Positions 7,963 to 16,219 of a stretch of DNA of 22,551 bases are shown here, one piece after another. Position 1 is the stretch's first letter; each line of letters starts with the position of its first letter. The translations under genes were made by a program, and so were the position numbers. The notes beneath the pieces are model-generated. The model did no database searches, had not been told where the DNA came from, and saw only the letters and a list, made by a program, of their open reading frames with translations. Source of the stretch: an uncultured delta proteobacterium (GTDB lineage Bacteria; Myxococcota_A; Polyangia; Fen-1088); NCBI GenBank assembly GCA_963767925.1, contig CAVYGB010000011.1, positions 1-22,551 of the forward strand, written 5' to 3'.

Positions 7963-8488
7963 TCAGCCGGCGAGCGCTCTGCTCGAGGGCGAGCCGCAGC
8001 TTGGCGAGGGCGACGTCCAAGATGTCCCCCCAGTCGAAGTTTTCGAGGCCGAGTTCGCGGAGTCGGGACACCGCCGCCAGCATCGCTCTTGCCTCCTCGA
8101 CCGAGAGCTTGATCTCGACCCGTGCGCTACGACGGCGCAGACGGTCCGGTCTTTGGGCTTCGTACCACTCCATGCTCCTGGCCGCGCTCTTTACGGCGTG
8201 CTCTGCGCAGCGACCATTTCGCGGCAGGGCTCTCTCGCCGCAAGCGATACACCGCCCCTCCATTCTCGCCCGCGCCTGGCTAGCCTTCTGTCGCCCCAGG
8301 CAATCCTCGCACCGCGCGTTGCCTGGCGCGGGCGCGGCCCCGCATCTAGGGCAGCGCCCGGCAGCCAACCGCTCCGCCCAGATGGCCTTGGCGCGCGCGG
8401 CCTCCTCTGCGGCGCAGGCCTCGCATTTCCATTTCCCTGGCCGGGCCGGGGCGGACCGGCACTGCGAGCACCGCCGGATAGCGGTCAA
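7889..8488 (-). CDS. Triple Zn-finger repeat protein
   Basis: AGGAGGA RBS; TTG at 8488 overlaps the stop of the RHH gene; CSQC/CEAC, CPRC/CEDC, CIAC/CAEH. Confidence 0.75.
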   Translation of the reverse strand: MTAIRRCSQCRSAPARPGKWKCEACAAEEAARAKAIWAERLAAGRCPRCGAAPAPGNARCEDCLGRQKASQARARMEGRCIACGERALPRNGRCAEHAVKSAARSMEWYEAQRPDRLRRRSARVEIKLSVEEARAMLAAVSRLRELGLENFDWGDILDVALAKLRLALEQSARRLITAPPGSSAPPRSAARSARRPARP

Positions 8489-8670
8489 CTCGTCCTCCTG
8501 GGGCTCACCTCGTCCAGCCGGGCCCGCGCCCACTCGCTCAGCGGCTTTTCTCCCGCTGCCCGCTCGTACCGGGCCCGCTCTTCGACGGTCAGGCGGATCT
8601 TCAGGTCGGGCGCCGGTCCCGATGGGTCGCGGGGCGGGCGGCCCCGGCGGGGGCGCTTGGGGCGGGTCAC
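8485..8670 (-). CDS. Ribbon-helix-helix-like regulator with RGRPP motif
   Basis: RRGRPP then LKIRLTVEERARYERAA..PLSEWAR..L. Confidence 0.75.
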   Translation of the reverse strand: MTRPKRPRRGRPPRDPSGPAPDLKIRLTVEERARYERAAGEKPLSEWARARLDEVSPRRTS

Positions 8671-9008
8671 GCGCCCTCGGGCCGCAGCGCGGACGCGCGC
8701 TGGGTGGTGGTCTCGCCGTTGGACCAGGCCACGGTGACCTGGTCGCCGTCGACCCGGACCACCCGGCCGGTGTCGTGGTCCTCGGTGCCCGGCCCGCCGC
8801 CCTCGACCCGGTCGCCAAGGGCGACCTCCCGATCGAGCGCAGCGTCCTGGCGGGACTCGCGGATGATCTCGGCGATCTGGGCGGCGGTCACCCCCGGGTC
8901 GTCCCGCAGCGCCTCGCGGATGATGATGCCGTTGTCGCCGGTGCCGTCGTCGCCCACCAGAGCGCCCACCTCGACAACCAGGTCAGCTACGCGGTTCTCG
9001 TTCGTCAT
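8667..9008 (-). CDS. Hypothetical acidic protein with SH3-like C-terminus
   Basis: GGAGGGA RBS before ATG 9008; LGDRV..GRVVRVDGDQVTVAW. Confidence 0.75.
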   Translation of the reverse strand: MTNENRVADLVVEVGALVGDDGTGDNGIIIREALRDDPGVTAAQIAEIIRESRQDAALDREVALGDRVEGGGPGTEDHDTGRVVRVDGDQVTVAWSNGETTTQRASALRPEGA

Positions 9009-9036
9009 CGTCTGTCCCTCCGTCTCACCGTGACCC

Positions 9037-9090
9037 ATTCTGTGGCCACACAATTATCATGATCGACCGCGCATTCCGTGGCCACAGAAT
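9037..9090. promoter_or_regulatory. Two 18-bp palindromic operators around a candidate leftward -10
   Basis: ATTCTGTGGCCACACAAT (9037-9054) and ATTCCGTGGCCACAGAAT (9073-9090); GATAAT on the minus strand at 9058-9053. Confidence 0.8.
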
Positions 9091-9580
9091 TCGACCGCCG
9101 CGCCGGGCCGCCCTGGCCGCCCTGATCGCCCTCCTGCTCGCCCAGGCCTGCGCCACCTCCCCCCCCGTCCGCCCCCCGCCCGCCCTGCCTGCCCCGCTCG
9201 ACGTCGCTACCCTGGTCTCGCCCGCCCCGGCCCCGCTGGTCGTCCCCGCCCACATCCCCCGCTACCCGGACGTCCGGGTGCGCAAGGGGGACTGCCCGGG
9301 CCTGCCGGCGGGGATCCTGGTGTCGCCGGCCGTCTACGCCGAGCTGCACGACGAGGTGAGCCAGCGAAAGCGCCTGGCGGGCGAGCTGGCGGCGATGGGC
9401 AAGCTGCGGGCGGCGGAGCGGGCGGCGGCGCAGGGCCTCGAGCGGGCCTACCGGCAGCGGGTGGCGGAGCTTGCGCAGTACGAGGGGCTAACGTGGAAGG
9501 TCGCCGCCGCCCTGCTCGCCGTCGGGGTTGTCGGGCTGGTCGGCGGGGCAATCCTGGCGGGGGGGCGGAGCGCTCGGTGA
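9059..9580 (+). CDS. Lipoprotein with C-terminal TM helix (spanin-like)
   Basis: Hydrophobic stretch plus lipobox-like LAQA-C, Pro-rich linker, coiled coil, C-terminal TM. Confidence 0.65.
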   Translation: MIDRAFRGHRIRPPRRAALAALIALLLAQACATSPPVRPPPALPAPLDVATLVSPAPAPLVVPAHIPRYPDVRVRKGDCPGLPAGILVSPAVYAELHDEVSQRKRLAGELAAMGKLRAAERAAAQGLERAYRQRVAELAQYEGLTWKVAAALLAVGVVGLVGGAILAGGRSAR

Positions 9581-9798
9581 CGGCCCGCCGGCACCGCTGG
9601 CCCGGCTGGGAGCGCGAGATGACCCCGGGCGAGCGGCGGCGGTACTACGTCGCCTGGGCGCACGTGATGTGCCACCAGTTCCGGCGACGGCGCAGCGAAT
9701 CGGTGGCCATCGGGTGGCCACGGTGGGCGGCGAGCTCGGCGACCGACCCGGGCCCGGAAAGGCCTCGGCGGCCGAGGGCGACCGCGCAGCGTCGTTGA
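9577..9798 (+). CDS. Hypothetical basic protein
   Basis: GTGA overlap; W/Y/R-rich. Confidence 0.45.
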   Translation: MTARRHRWPGWEREMTPGERRRYYVAWAHVMCHQFRRRRSESVAIGWPRWAASSATDPGPERPRRPRATAQRR

Positions 9799-9868
9799 AA
9801 AACCGGGGGTGGGGCCCGATGTAGCAGCGGGGGCCGTGGCGGTGAGGTGGGCGGCGTGGTGGTGAAGG

Positions 9869-10471
9869 GTGAGCGACGAAGATCCGCCTGGTGAAGGCGG
9901 GGGCGAGTCGAACCTCACCGCCGCGCGGTTCCTCCCGGGTCGATCGGGCAACCCGGGCGGGCGCCCCAAGGACCTGCGCGGGTTTCGCAAGGCGTGCCGG
10001 GCCAAGGGCTGGGCCTGGCTCGCCGAGCTCCAGCAGCTCATGACCTCGGACCTGACCCCGCCGGCCGAAAAGCTCGCCATCTGGAAGGCCGTCTGCGACC
10101 GCGGGGGCTACCTGCCGGCCGACAAGACCTTCGCCCGCGACGGCGGCGCGTTCGTCCCCCCGCCCGACGGCCCGCCGCCTGGCAACGTCACCGGCGCGGT
10201 CGACATGGCCATCCGGGCCCTCGGCGCCCAGGTGGCCGCGCTCGAGCAGGTGGCCCGGGCCCGCCCGCTCGACGCCGACGAGCAGCGCCGGCTCGAGGGG
10301 GCCGCCCAGCAGCTCGCGGACATCGAGACCTCCCGCGGCCGCCTGCTGATCCAGGCGCTGCAGACCGGCCAGCTCAACAAGGACAGCGGCAAGACCCTGA
10401 CCGCGATGTTCGGCGGGCACAAGGTCGCCCCCAAACCCGAGGAGGCGGCCAAGGCGGAGGAGCCGAAGTGA
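9869..10471 (+). CDS. Putative terminase small subunit (DUF5681-type)
   Basis: FLPGRSGNPGGRPK motif; lies upstream of TerL. Confidence 0.7.
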   Translation: MSDEDPPGEGGGESNLTAARFLPGRSGNPGGRPKDLRGFRKACRAKGWAWLAELQQLMTSDLTPPAEKLAIWKAVCDRGGYLPADKTFARDGGAFVPPPDGPPPGNVTGAVDMAIRALGAQVAALEQVARARPLDADEQRRLEGAAQQLADIETSRGRLLIQALQTGQLNKDSGKTLTAMFGGHKVAPKPEEAAKAEEPK

Positions 10472-10890
10472 AGCGCCTGTGTGCCGGCTGCGGGTTGCGG
10501 CCGGTGCGGGCCAGCACCCGGCGGGCCCGGCTGCCCCTTTACTGCCTGTGGTGCTGGAACGCCGCGGACCAGCGGCCCGACAGCTACGACCTGCCGCCGG
10601 TGCGGCTGGCGCAGCCTGACCGCGGGGTGGCCCGGGCCGAGATGGAGGCGCGCGCCCGCCGGATCGAGGCCGGCCGGGCGGTCCAGACCCGCGCCGAGCG
10701 CCTGCTGTCCGCCCTCGACGGCCTGGACCGCTGGGTCTGGGCCATGGTGGTGGCCGGGGTCTCCGAGCGCCGGATCGCCGCCCGGCTGGGCCTGACCCGC
10801 CAGGAGGTCTACGGCTGGTACCTGCAGCGGCTTCGCGAGGCCGCGGGCCTGCCGGCCAGGCCCAGGAGGTACCGCGGGCGGGCCGCGTAG
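10468..10890 (+). CDS. Zn-ribbon plus sigma70-region-4-like HTH regulator (late activator candidate)
   Basis: CAGC..CLWC; LSALDGLDR.V......GVSERRIAARLGLTRQEV...LQRLRE. Confidence 0.7.
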   Translation: MKRLCAGCGLRPVRASTRRARLPLYCLWCWNAADQRPDSYDLPPVRLAQPDRGVARAEMEARARRIEAGRAVQTRAERLLSALDGLDRWVWAMVVAGVSERRIAARLGLTRQEVYGWYLQRLREAAGLPARPRRYRGRAA

Positions 10891-10918
10891 ACCAACGCCC
10901 TATTTGTGTGAGCACCCC
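10883..10918 (+). promoter_or_regulatory. Late promoter candidate, copy 1
   Basis: CCGCGTAGACCAACGCCCTATTTGTGT-GAGCACCCC; the 27-mer recurs exactly at 16910. Confidence 0.75.
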
Positions 10919-11495
10919 GCGAAAGCGAAAGAGACCCCCCCGAAAGACCCGACGCACGGTCAGGCGTAAGCGCGCTGCCGTCCGCGCCGCCGAACCTCGG
11001 CCCATGCCCGCGCCCGGGCCCTCCGTCGTGCCGGCCCAGCCGCCCCCGCTGCCGCTCAAGTACTACCGCTGCCCCAAGGGGCACGAGCAGGTCGAAGAGC
11101 AGGAGTTTTCCTACCAGCTGCTCAACCGCCGCACCGGCAAGAACGACTGGGACTCGGGGCCGCTTTGCTACCGGTGCGTCTTCGAGTTCCTGGTCGACAA
11201 CTTCCAGACCGCCCGGCAAGCGCCGCCGGCCGAGCCGGAGATCACGGCCGAGCAGATGGCCGAGGTCGTGAAGGCGGCCGAGCAGGGCGAGCGCATGCCG
11301 GACGTGGAGATCGACGGAGTCGAGCACTACAAGTGCGCCGCCGAGGGATGCACGGTCTTCATCTCCACCAGCGGCAGGCCCGGGGAGCGGCCGCCGTTTT
11401 GCCCCACCTGCCAGGAGGGCGGGGATCCCAGCCAGGGGCCGCCCGACCTCATCGCCCCCGACGTGGCCGATGCCAATCCTCCCGCTGGCTCCTGA
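10908..11495 (+). CDS. Hypothetical protein with two Zn-binding motifs
   Basis: Basic N-terminus; CPKGH..CYRC and C..EGC..CPTC. Start codon uncertain. Confidence 0.7.
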   Translation: MSTPRKRKRPPRKTRRTVRRKRAAVRAAEPRPMPAPGPSVVPAQPPPLPLKYYRCPKGHEQVEEQEFSYQLLNRRTGKNDWDSGPLCYRCVFEFLVDNFQTARQAPPAEPEITAEQMAEVVKAAEQGERMPDVEIDGVEHYKCAAEGCTVFISTSGRPGERPPFCPTCQEGGDPSQGPPDLIAPDVADANPPAGS

Positions 11496-11886
11496 GCATG
11501 AGCGGTTCGTCTACTCCTCCTGGTGCGCCGGATCAGGAGAGCCCCGGCATGTCCTCGAGGCTCTACTGGCGCGCGGGGCTCGTCTGCTCGTCCTTACGGG
11601 CCGCGACCCCAATCTGCTCGTTGGATGGGCCGCCGCCATGCCCGTCCCCCACCAGCAGCTCGTCGTCTGGGCCTACACCCGAGCTACCGCCGGCGGTGCT
11701 TCTCGGGGTCGAGGGGTGATGCGGACCCTGCTCGGCGAGCTCGGCGTGGACGTCGCTCAGCCCATGGTGGCGCTGTTCGACTCGCCCGCCTGCCAGGGGC
11801 TCATCCGCAAGGGCTGGCCCATCACCGTCGCGAAAGGAACACATGGATCCCCAGAAGCCCGCACCCGCTCCCAAGCCGAAGGTTGA
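11470..11886 (+). CDS. GNAT-family acetyltransferase-like protein
   Basis: FVYSSW..LVGWA..VVWAYT...RGRGVMRTLL fits the acetyl-CoA-binding motif A. Confidence 0.65.
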   Translation: MPILPLAPEHERFVYSSWCAGSGEPRHVLEALLARGARLLVLTGRDPNLLVGWAAAMPVPHQQLVVWAYTRATAGGASRGRGVMRTLLGELGVDVAQPMVALFDSPACQGLIRKGWPITVAKGTHGSPEARTRSQAEG

Positions 11887-12070
11887 GCCCCAGCCGGCAC
11901 CGCTCGAGCCGCCCGGCCTGCCCAGGGTCAAGATCAAGTGGGCCAAGGGCGGCAGGCTCGAGGACGGCCGGATTGACCTCGAGCGGGGGGTTATCTACAC
12001 GACCCGGTCGCGGGGCCCGGTCATCGTCTCGATCCACAGCGGCGTCGTGGAGTGGTCGAGCCTGGTCTGA
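11843..12070 (+). CDS. Small hypothetical protein
   Basis: AAAGGA RBS; TGATG overlap with TerL. Confidence 0.7.
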   Translation: MDPQKPAPAPKPKVEPQPAPLEPPGLPRVKIKWAKGGRLEDGRIDLERGVIYTTRSRGPVIVSIHSGVVEWSSLV

Positions 12071-13494
12071 TGGACCTCTGGTCGTTGCTCGAGGACGGCT
12101 CGGCTCCGCTGAACGCGGCGGGGCCGATGCTGTTCCCGGCCGACCTGGCCTTCGAGGCCCAGCGCCCCCTGGTGGTCTCCGAGTCCCGGCGGGATGTGGC
12201 CTGCCTGCCCCGCCAGGCCGGCAAGACGACCGCCGCCGTCCTGCGCGCGTTCCGGGTGGCCCAGCAGCCGCAGGCGCGCCTGGTCACCTACGTCACCAAG
12301 ACGAAGAAGAACGGCAAGCGACTCTTCTGGCGGCCGTTGCTCGAGCAGGCCGAAAAGCTCGGCTACGACGTCGAGGCGTGCGCGAGCGCGGGCGACCTGG
12401 TGTTCAAGGTCCCGCACGACGATGGGACCTACTGTCTCATCGAGATCCTCGGCGCCCACGACGAGGACCAGATCGAGCTGCTGCTCGGCACCCAGTACGA
12501 CCTGGTCATCGTCGACGAGGCGGCCTACATCCGGCCGCTGCTGCTCGAGACCCTGCTGCGGCGGGTGCTGGTCCCCGGGCTGCGCGCGCGCCGAGGGGCG
12601 CTGCTGCTCATCGGGACGCCGGGGGCGATCAAGTACGGGCCCTTTTACGAGGCCTGGGCCAACCCGGCCTGGACGAAGTTCCGGTGGACCGCCTGGCAAA
12701 ACCCGACCACGCCCCCCGGGGCGATCGAAGAGGAGATCGCCGAACTCGGGCTCTTGCCAACCGACGCCATCTACGTCACCGAGTACCTGGGCGAGTGGTA
12801 CGACGGGCCCGACTCACGGCGGGTCTGGCACTACGACCCGGAGCGGGACAGCCCCGACATCGAGCTGCCGACCAGCGCCGACCAGGCCGGGGGCCTGTGG
12901 AAGTTCTCCTGGGGCGTGGACCTCGCCTCGTCCGAGCACAACGACGCCCTGGTCGTGTGGGGCTGGCGGACCAACGATGAGCTGCGGCGGCTCTACCAGG
13001 TCGACGAGTGGGAGGCGCCGGGGACCGAGCTTATCGACGACCTCGAGGCCGTGCTCACAAAGAAGAAGAAGCAGTGGCGACCGTCGGCGGCGGTCGGTGA
13101 CCACGGCGGCCACGGCGCCAGGAAGATCCTGCGGACCCTGGCCCCTCGCCTCGGCATCCACTTTCAGGACAAGCCGACCGACGTCGAGGCGACCGTGCGC
13201 CTGATGAACACCGACTTTCGGACCGGGCGGCTGAAGGTCATTCGCAACGGTAAGCTCGCCCAGGACATGCAGATGGAGGCCTGGGACGTCAGCAAGACCG
13301 GCAAGCGGGTCATCAGCGGACCCCGGCACTCGGACGTCACCGCTGGCGGCCGCTACGGCTACACCGCCGCGCGTGCGTTCCGGTCGGTCGGCGACCCGCC
13401 GGCTCCCGCGGACATCATGGAGGAGCGCGAGCGGTTCATCCGCGCACAGCTCGAGGCCGAGGCGGTCGCACGACGGAAGGGCAGGTGGAGGTAG
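12070..13494 (+). CDS. terL: Terminase large subunit
   Basis: Walker A PRQAGKTT, Walker B LVIVDEAA, coupling motif IGTP, nuclease WGVDLA...D and HSD. Confidence 0.95.
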   Translation: MDLWSLLEDGSAPLNAAGPMLFPADLAFEAQRPLVVSESRRDVACLPRQAGKTTAAVLRAFRVAQQPQARLVTYVTKTKKNGKRLFWRPLLEQAEKLGYDVEACASAGDLVFKVPHDDGTYCLIEILGAHDEDQIELLLGTQYDLVIVDEAAYIRPLLLETLLRRVLVPGLRARRGALLLIGTPGAIKYGPFYEAWANPAWTKFRWTAWQNPTTPPGAIEEEIAELGLLPTDAIYVTEYLGEWYDGPDSRRVWHYDPERDSPDIELPTSADQAGGLWKFSWGVDLASSEHNDALVVWGWRTNDELRRLYQVDEWEAPGTELIDDLEAVLTKKKKQWRPSAAVGDHGGHGARKILRTLAPRLGIHFQDKPTDVEATVRLMNTDFRTGRLKVIRNGKLAQDMQMEAWDVSKTGKRVISGPRHSDVTAGGRYGYTAARAFRSVGDPPAPADIMEERERFIRAQLEAEAVARRKGRWR

Positions 13495-15276
13495 ATGGCT
13501 CGCAAGAAACGCTGGTACGACGATCCGTCGCTGCTGCTCAGGGACTTCGACGCGATCAAGGACAGCCGCGCGGCCCAGATCGGCGAGAACAAGACGTATC
13601 TGCAGCTGCGGATCAACCGGCCGGCCGACCTCGTACGCGGAGGCGCGGGCGTGCGCATCCTGAACACGGCGGGGATGCGCGAGCTGGGGCTGAACCTGTT
13701 TCACAAGGCGGCCCGCGGCGCGCGCTCTCGGATCTGCAAGCTCCTGCAGGCCGTGGTGGCCCCGGTCGGGGGCAACAACGACCAGCACATGGCCTGCGAC
13801 TCGCTTTCGCATTGGCTCACCGGCGCGCTCGAGCTGATCGGCTTTCACCAGATCGCGACCGAGCTCACGGTCGAATCCATGGCCTGCGTCGAGTCGCACG
13901 CGATCATCGAGTTCGATCCGGTCAGCAAGGATCCCCGGGCCGTCATGCTCGACCCCAACGGTTCGTTTTACAGCCAGGACCGCACCCAGTTCGTCACCGA
14001 ACGCGAGATGTCCCGCCGGTACGTGCGAGCCGCCTTCGCCAGCGGCAAAGAGGAGCTGGCCGATGCGATCGACAAGCTCGACACCTGGCACTACGAGACG
14101 GTGGTGGGGGTCGACGTCGAAAAGATGTTCGAGGAAGACGACACCATCCGGTGGGTGGAGGCCTTCATCCTGCCGTGCGGGAAAGAGCCAGGCCGGCACG
14201 TCGTGCAGCTTTCCAAGGACATCACGCTCATCGACAACACGGCCTTCAAGGGCCCCATTCCGGTGGTGTCGAGCAACTGGGAGACGGGCGCCCGGGGCAA
14301 GTCCGACGGCATGGCCCTCGGCCGGACGATCGCGCCCTTTCACGCCTGGGCCAACGAGATGAACCTCAAGCTGCACGACGCCCTCCAGGCAGCGGTGCCC
14401 TGGGCGGTGGGGCCGCCGGGTTTCAAGGGCCCCTCGGACGTCGCGTTTCAGCGGGTCGAGGCTGATCCCAGCGAGCCGGGCGAGGTGAAGATCTATGTCC
14501 CCGACACCGTGTCCAAGGACGTGGTCGCTCACATCGACCGGCTCGAGGACGGCTCGATGAGCGCGGCCGGGATGTCCGAGGAGTCGGCCCAGGGCTTCGC
14601 GCCCGCGCACCTCAAGAGCGGCATTGCCATTTCGAAGTGGGAAGCCGTCCAGGACACGTCTCTTTCCTCTCAGCACGGCACGTACAAGGGCCTGTGGGTC
14701 CAGGCTGGGCGGATCCTCACGGCCCTGGCGCCCACGCAGTACAAGAACAAGCCCGTCAACGTTCGGCGGGCCATCGGCAGCGACGTCATCGAGCAGATCC
14801 GCTGGGAGGACATCAACCTGCCCGAGGACAGCTACACGTTCGACTTCGACGCCGTCTCCGCCCTGGGCGACTCCATCCCGCAGCGGATCCAGAACACCGA
14901 GATCCTCAAGGACCTGGGCGCCATCGACGTGCCGACCATGCTCTTGCACGTCGACATCCCCGACTTCCGGGCGCTCGCCAAGCGGGTCAACGGCCCGCGG
15001 GCCTACGTCGAGTTCCAGATCGGCCAGGCCCTGCGACACGGCAAGCTCGAGCCGCCCATGGAGATGCAGGACGCTCAGGCCGGGCTCAAGGCGGTCTCCG
15101 AGGCCTACCAGGCGGCGCTGGCCGCCCCGGTCCGGCCGCCCCGCCAGAACCTCGAGGCCTGCCGGATCCTGCTGCGCCTGTTCCGACGCCTCGCGCAGGC
15201 GGCCGCCCCGCCGCCGGGGATCCCCGCCGCCGCCCCCGCCGCCCTCGCCCTGCCCCAGGTGACCCCCAATGGCTGA
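13495..15276 (+). CDS. Portal protein
   Basis: 593 aa directly after TerL; G..LGRTIAP..N and AAGMSE.SAQG...SGIAI motifs of P22-like portals. Confidence 0.85.
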   Translation: MARKKRWYDDPSLLLRDFDAIKDSRAAQIGENKTYLQLRINRPADLVRGGAGVRILNTAGMRELGLNLFHKAARGARSRICKLLQAVVAPVGGNNDQHMACDSLSHWLTGALELIGFHQIATELTVESMACVESHAIIEFDPVSKDPRAVMLDPNGSFYSQDRTQFVTEREMSRRYVRAAFASGKEELADAIDKLDTWHYETVVGVDVEKMFEEDDTIRWVEAFILPCGKEPGRHVVQLSKDITLIDNTAFKGPIPVVSSNWETGARGKSDGMALGRTIAPFHAWANEMNLKLHDALQAAVPWAVGPPGFKGPSDVAFQRVEADPSEPGEVKIYVPDTVSKDVVAHIDRLEDGSMSAAGMSEESAQGFAPAHLKSGIAISKWEAVQDTSLSSQHGTYKGLWVQAGRILTALAPTQYKNKPVNVRRAIGSDVIEQIRWEDINLPEDSYTFDFDAVSALGDSIPQRIQNTEILKDLGAIDVPTMLLHVDIPDFRALAKRVNGPRAYVEFQIGQALRHGKLEPPMEMQDAQAGLKAVSEAYQAALAAPVRPPRQNLEACRILLRLFRRLAQAAAPPPGIPAAAPAALALPQVTPNG

Positions 15277-16219
15277 CCTCATCGACAAGGCCCCGCCCGA
15301 CCCCACGCCGGCCGTCACCCCGCCGGCCGCCGCCCCGTCCCCCCCTGCGGCGGAGCCCCCCAGGGACGGCGCGGCCCCACCCGGCAGGCCCCCGGTTGAC
15401 CTGGACGCCCGGCTCGAGGAGGTCCTGGCCGAGGGCCGTCGCGTGGCCGAGCTCGACAAGACGGTGGCCACCCGGCTCAAGCGCGCCGAGGAGCTCGAGT
15501 CCAAGTTCGGGGCGCTGGCCCAGGCCGACCCCGAGGCCCTGGCCCGCTACGTCGCCACGCACGAGCACCTGACGAAAAAGGAGCGGGCCGCCGCGGTCAA
15601 AGCCCTGGTGGGCAAGGTCGACGAGGACCTGCTGTTCGACCTGGCCCAGGGGCTCGGCGTCGTCCAGGACGAGGCCCCGGCGGTCGCGCCCGGCAAGCAG
15701 CTCACGGTCGAAGAGCAGGTGGCGGCGGCGCTCGAGGCCCGGGAGAAGGCCGCCGAGGAAAGGCGCCTCGAGGACGAAAAGAAGAAAACCGAGGACCAGG
15801 CCAAGGCCGCCCAGACTCAGGTCGACACCTTCCTCACGAGCTCGGCGACCTTCCTCAAGGCCAACCTCGAGCAGTTCCCGTTCATCAAGGCCTGGGGCTG
15901 CGACACCAGCCGGTACACGCAGCTGCTCATCGAGCACGCCGAAAAGACCGGGCAGATGCCCGACCCTCAGGCGCTGCTGGCCGTGATGGAGGCCGAGCAC
16001 AAGGCCAAGTGGGCCAAGAGCCCGTACGCGCCCAAGGAGCCCCCGCCGCTCGAGGACCTCGACGCCCACGTCGCCCGGACCTACGAACAAAACAGGCCGC
16101 CGCCCGGGACGCCCGCCGCCGAGCCCCGGCGCCTGACCGCCTACGAGGAGGCAAAGCGGGATTCGGAGGCCTACGACCGAGAGCAGCGCGAGCGGATCCG
16201 CTACGGGCAGGGGCGCTGA
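15269..16219 (+). CDS. Capsid scaffolding protein
   Basis: Pro-rich N-terminus, charged coiled coil, located after the portal. Confidence 0.7.
   Translation: MADLIDKAPPDPTPAVTPPAAAPSPPAAEPPRDGAAPPGRPPVDLDARLEEVLAEGRRVAELDKTVATRLKRAEELESKFGALAQADPEALARYVATHEHLTKKERAAAVKALVGKVDEDLLFDLAQGLGVVQDEAPAVAPGKQLTVEEQVAAALEAREKAAEERRLEDEKKKTEDQAKAAQTQVDTFLTSSATFLKANLEQFPFIKAWGCDTSRYTQLLIEHAEKTGQMPDPQALLAVMEAEHKAKWAKSPYAPKEPPPLEDLDAHVARTYEQNRPPPGTPAAEPRRLTAYEEAKRDSEAYDREQRERIRYGQGR

Noticed and set aside
12814..15504. 896-aa minus-strand ORF and similar long antisense ORFs (2418-3551, 9488-11059, 17192-18376, 18345-20003, 21374-22519)
   Set aside because: Shadow frames of GC3-biased + strand genes; no motifs or RBS.
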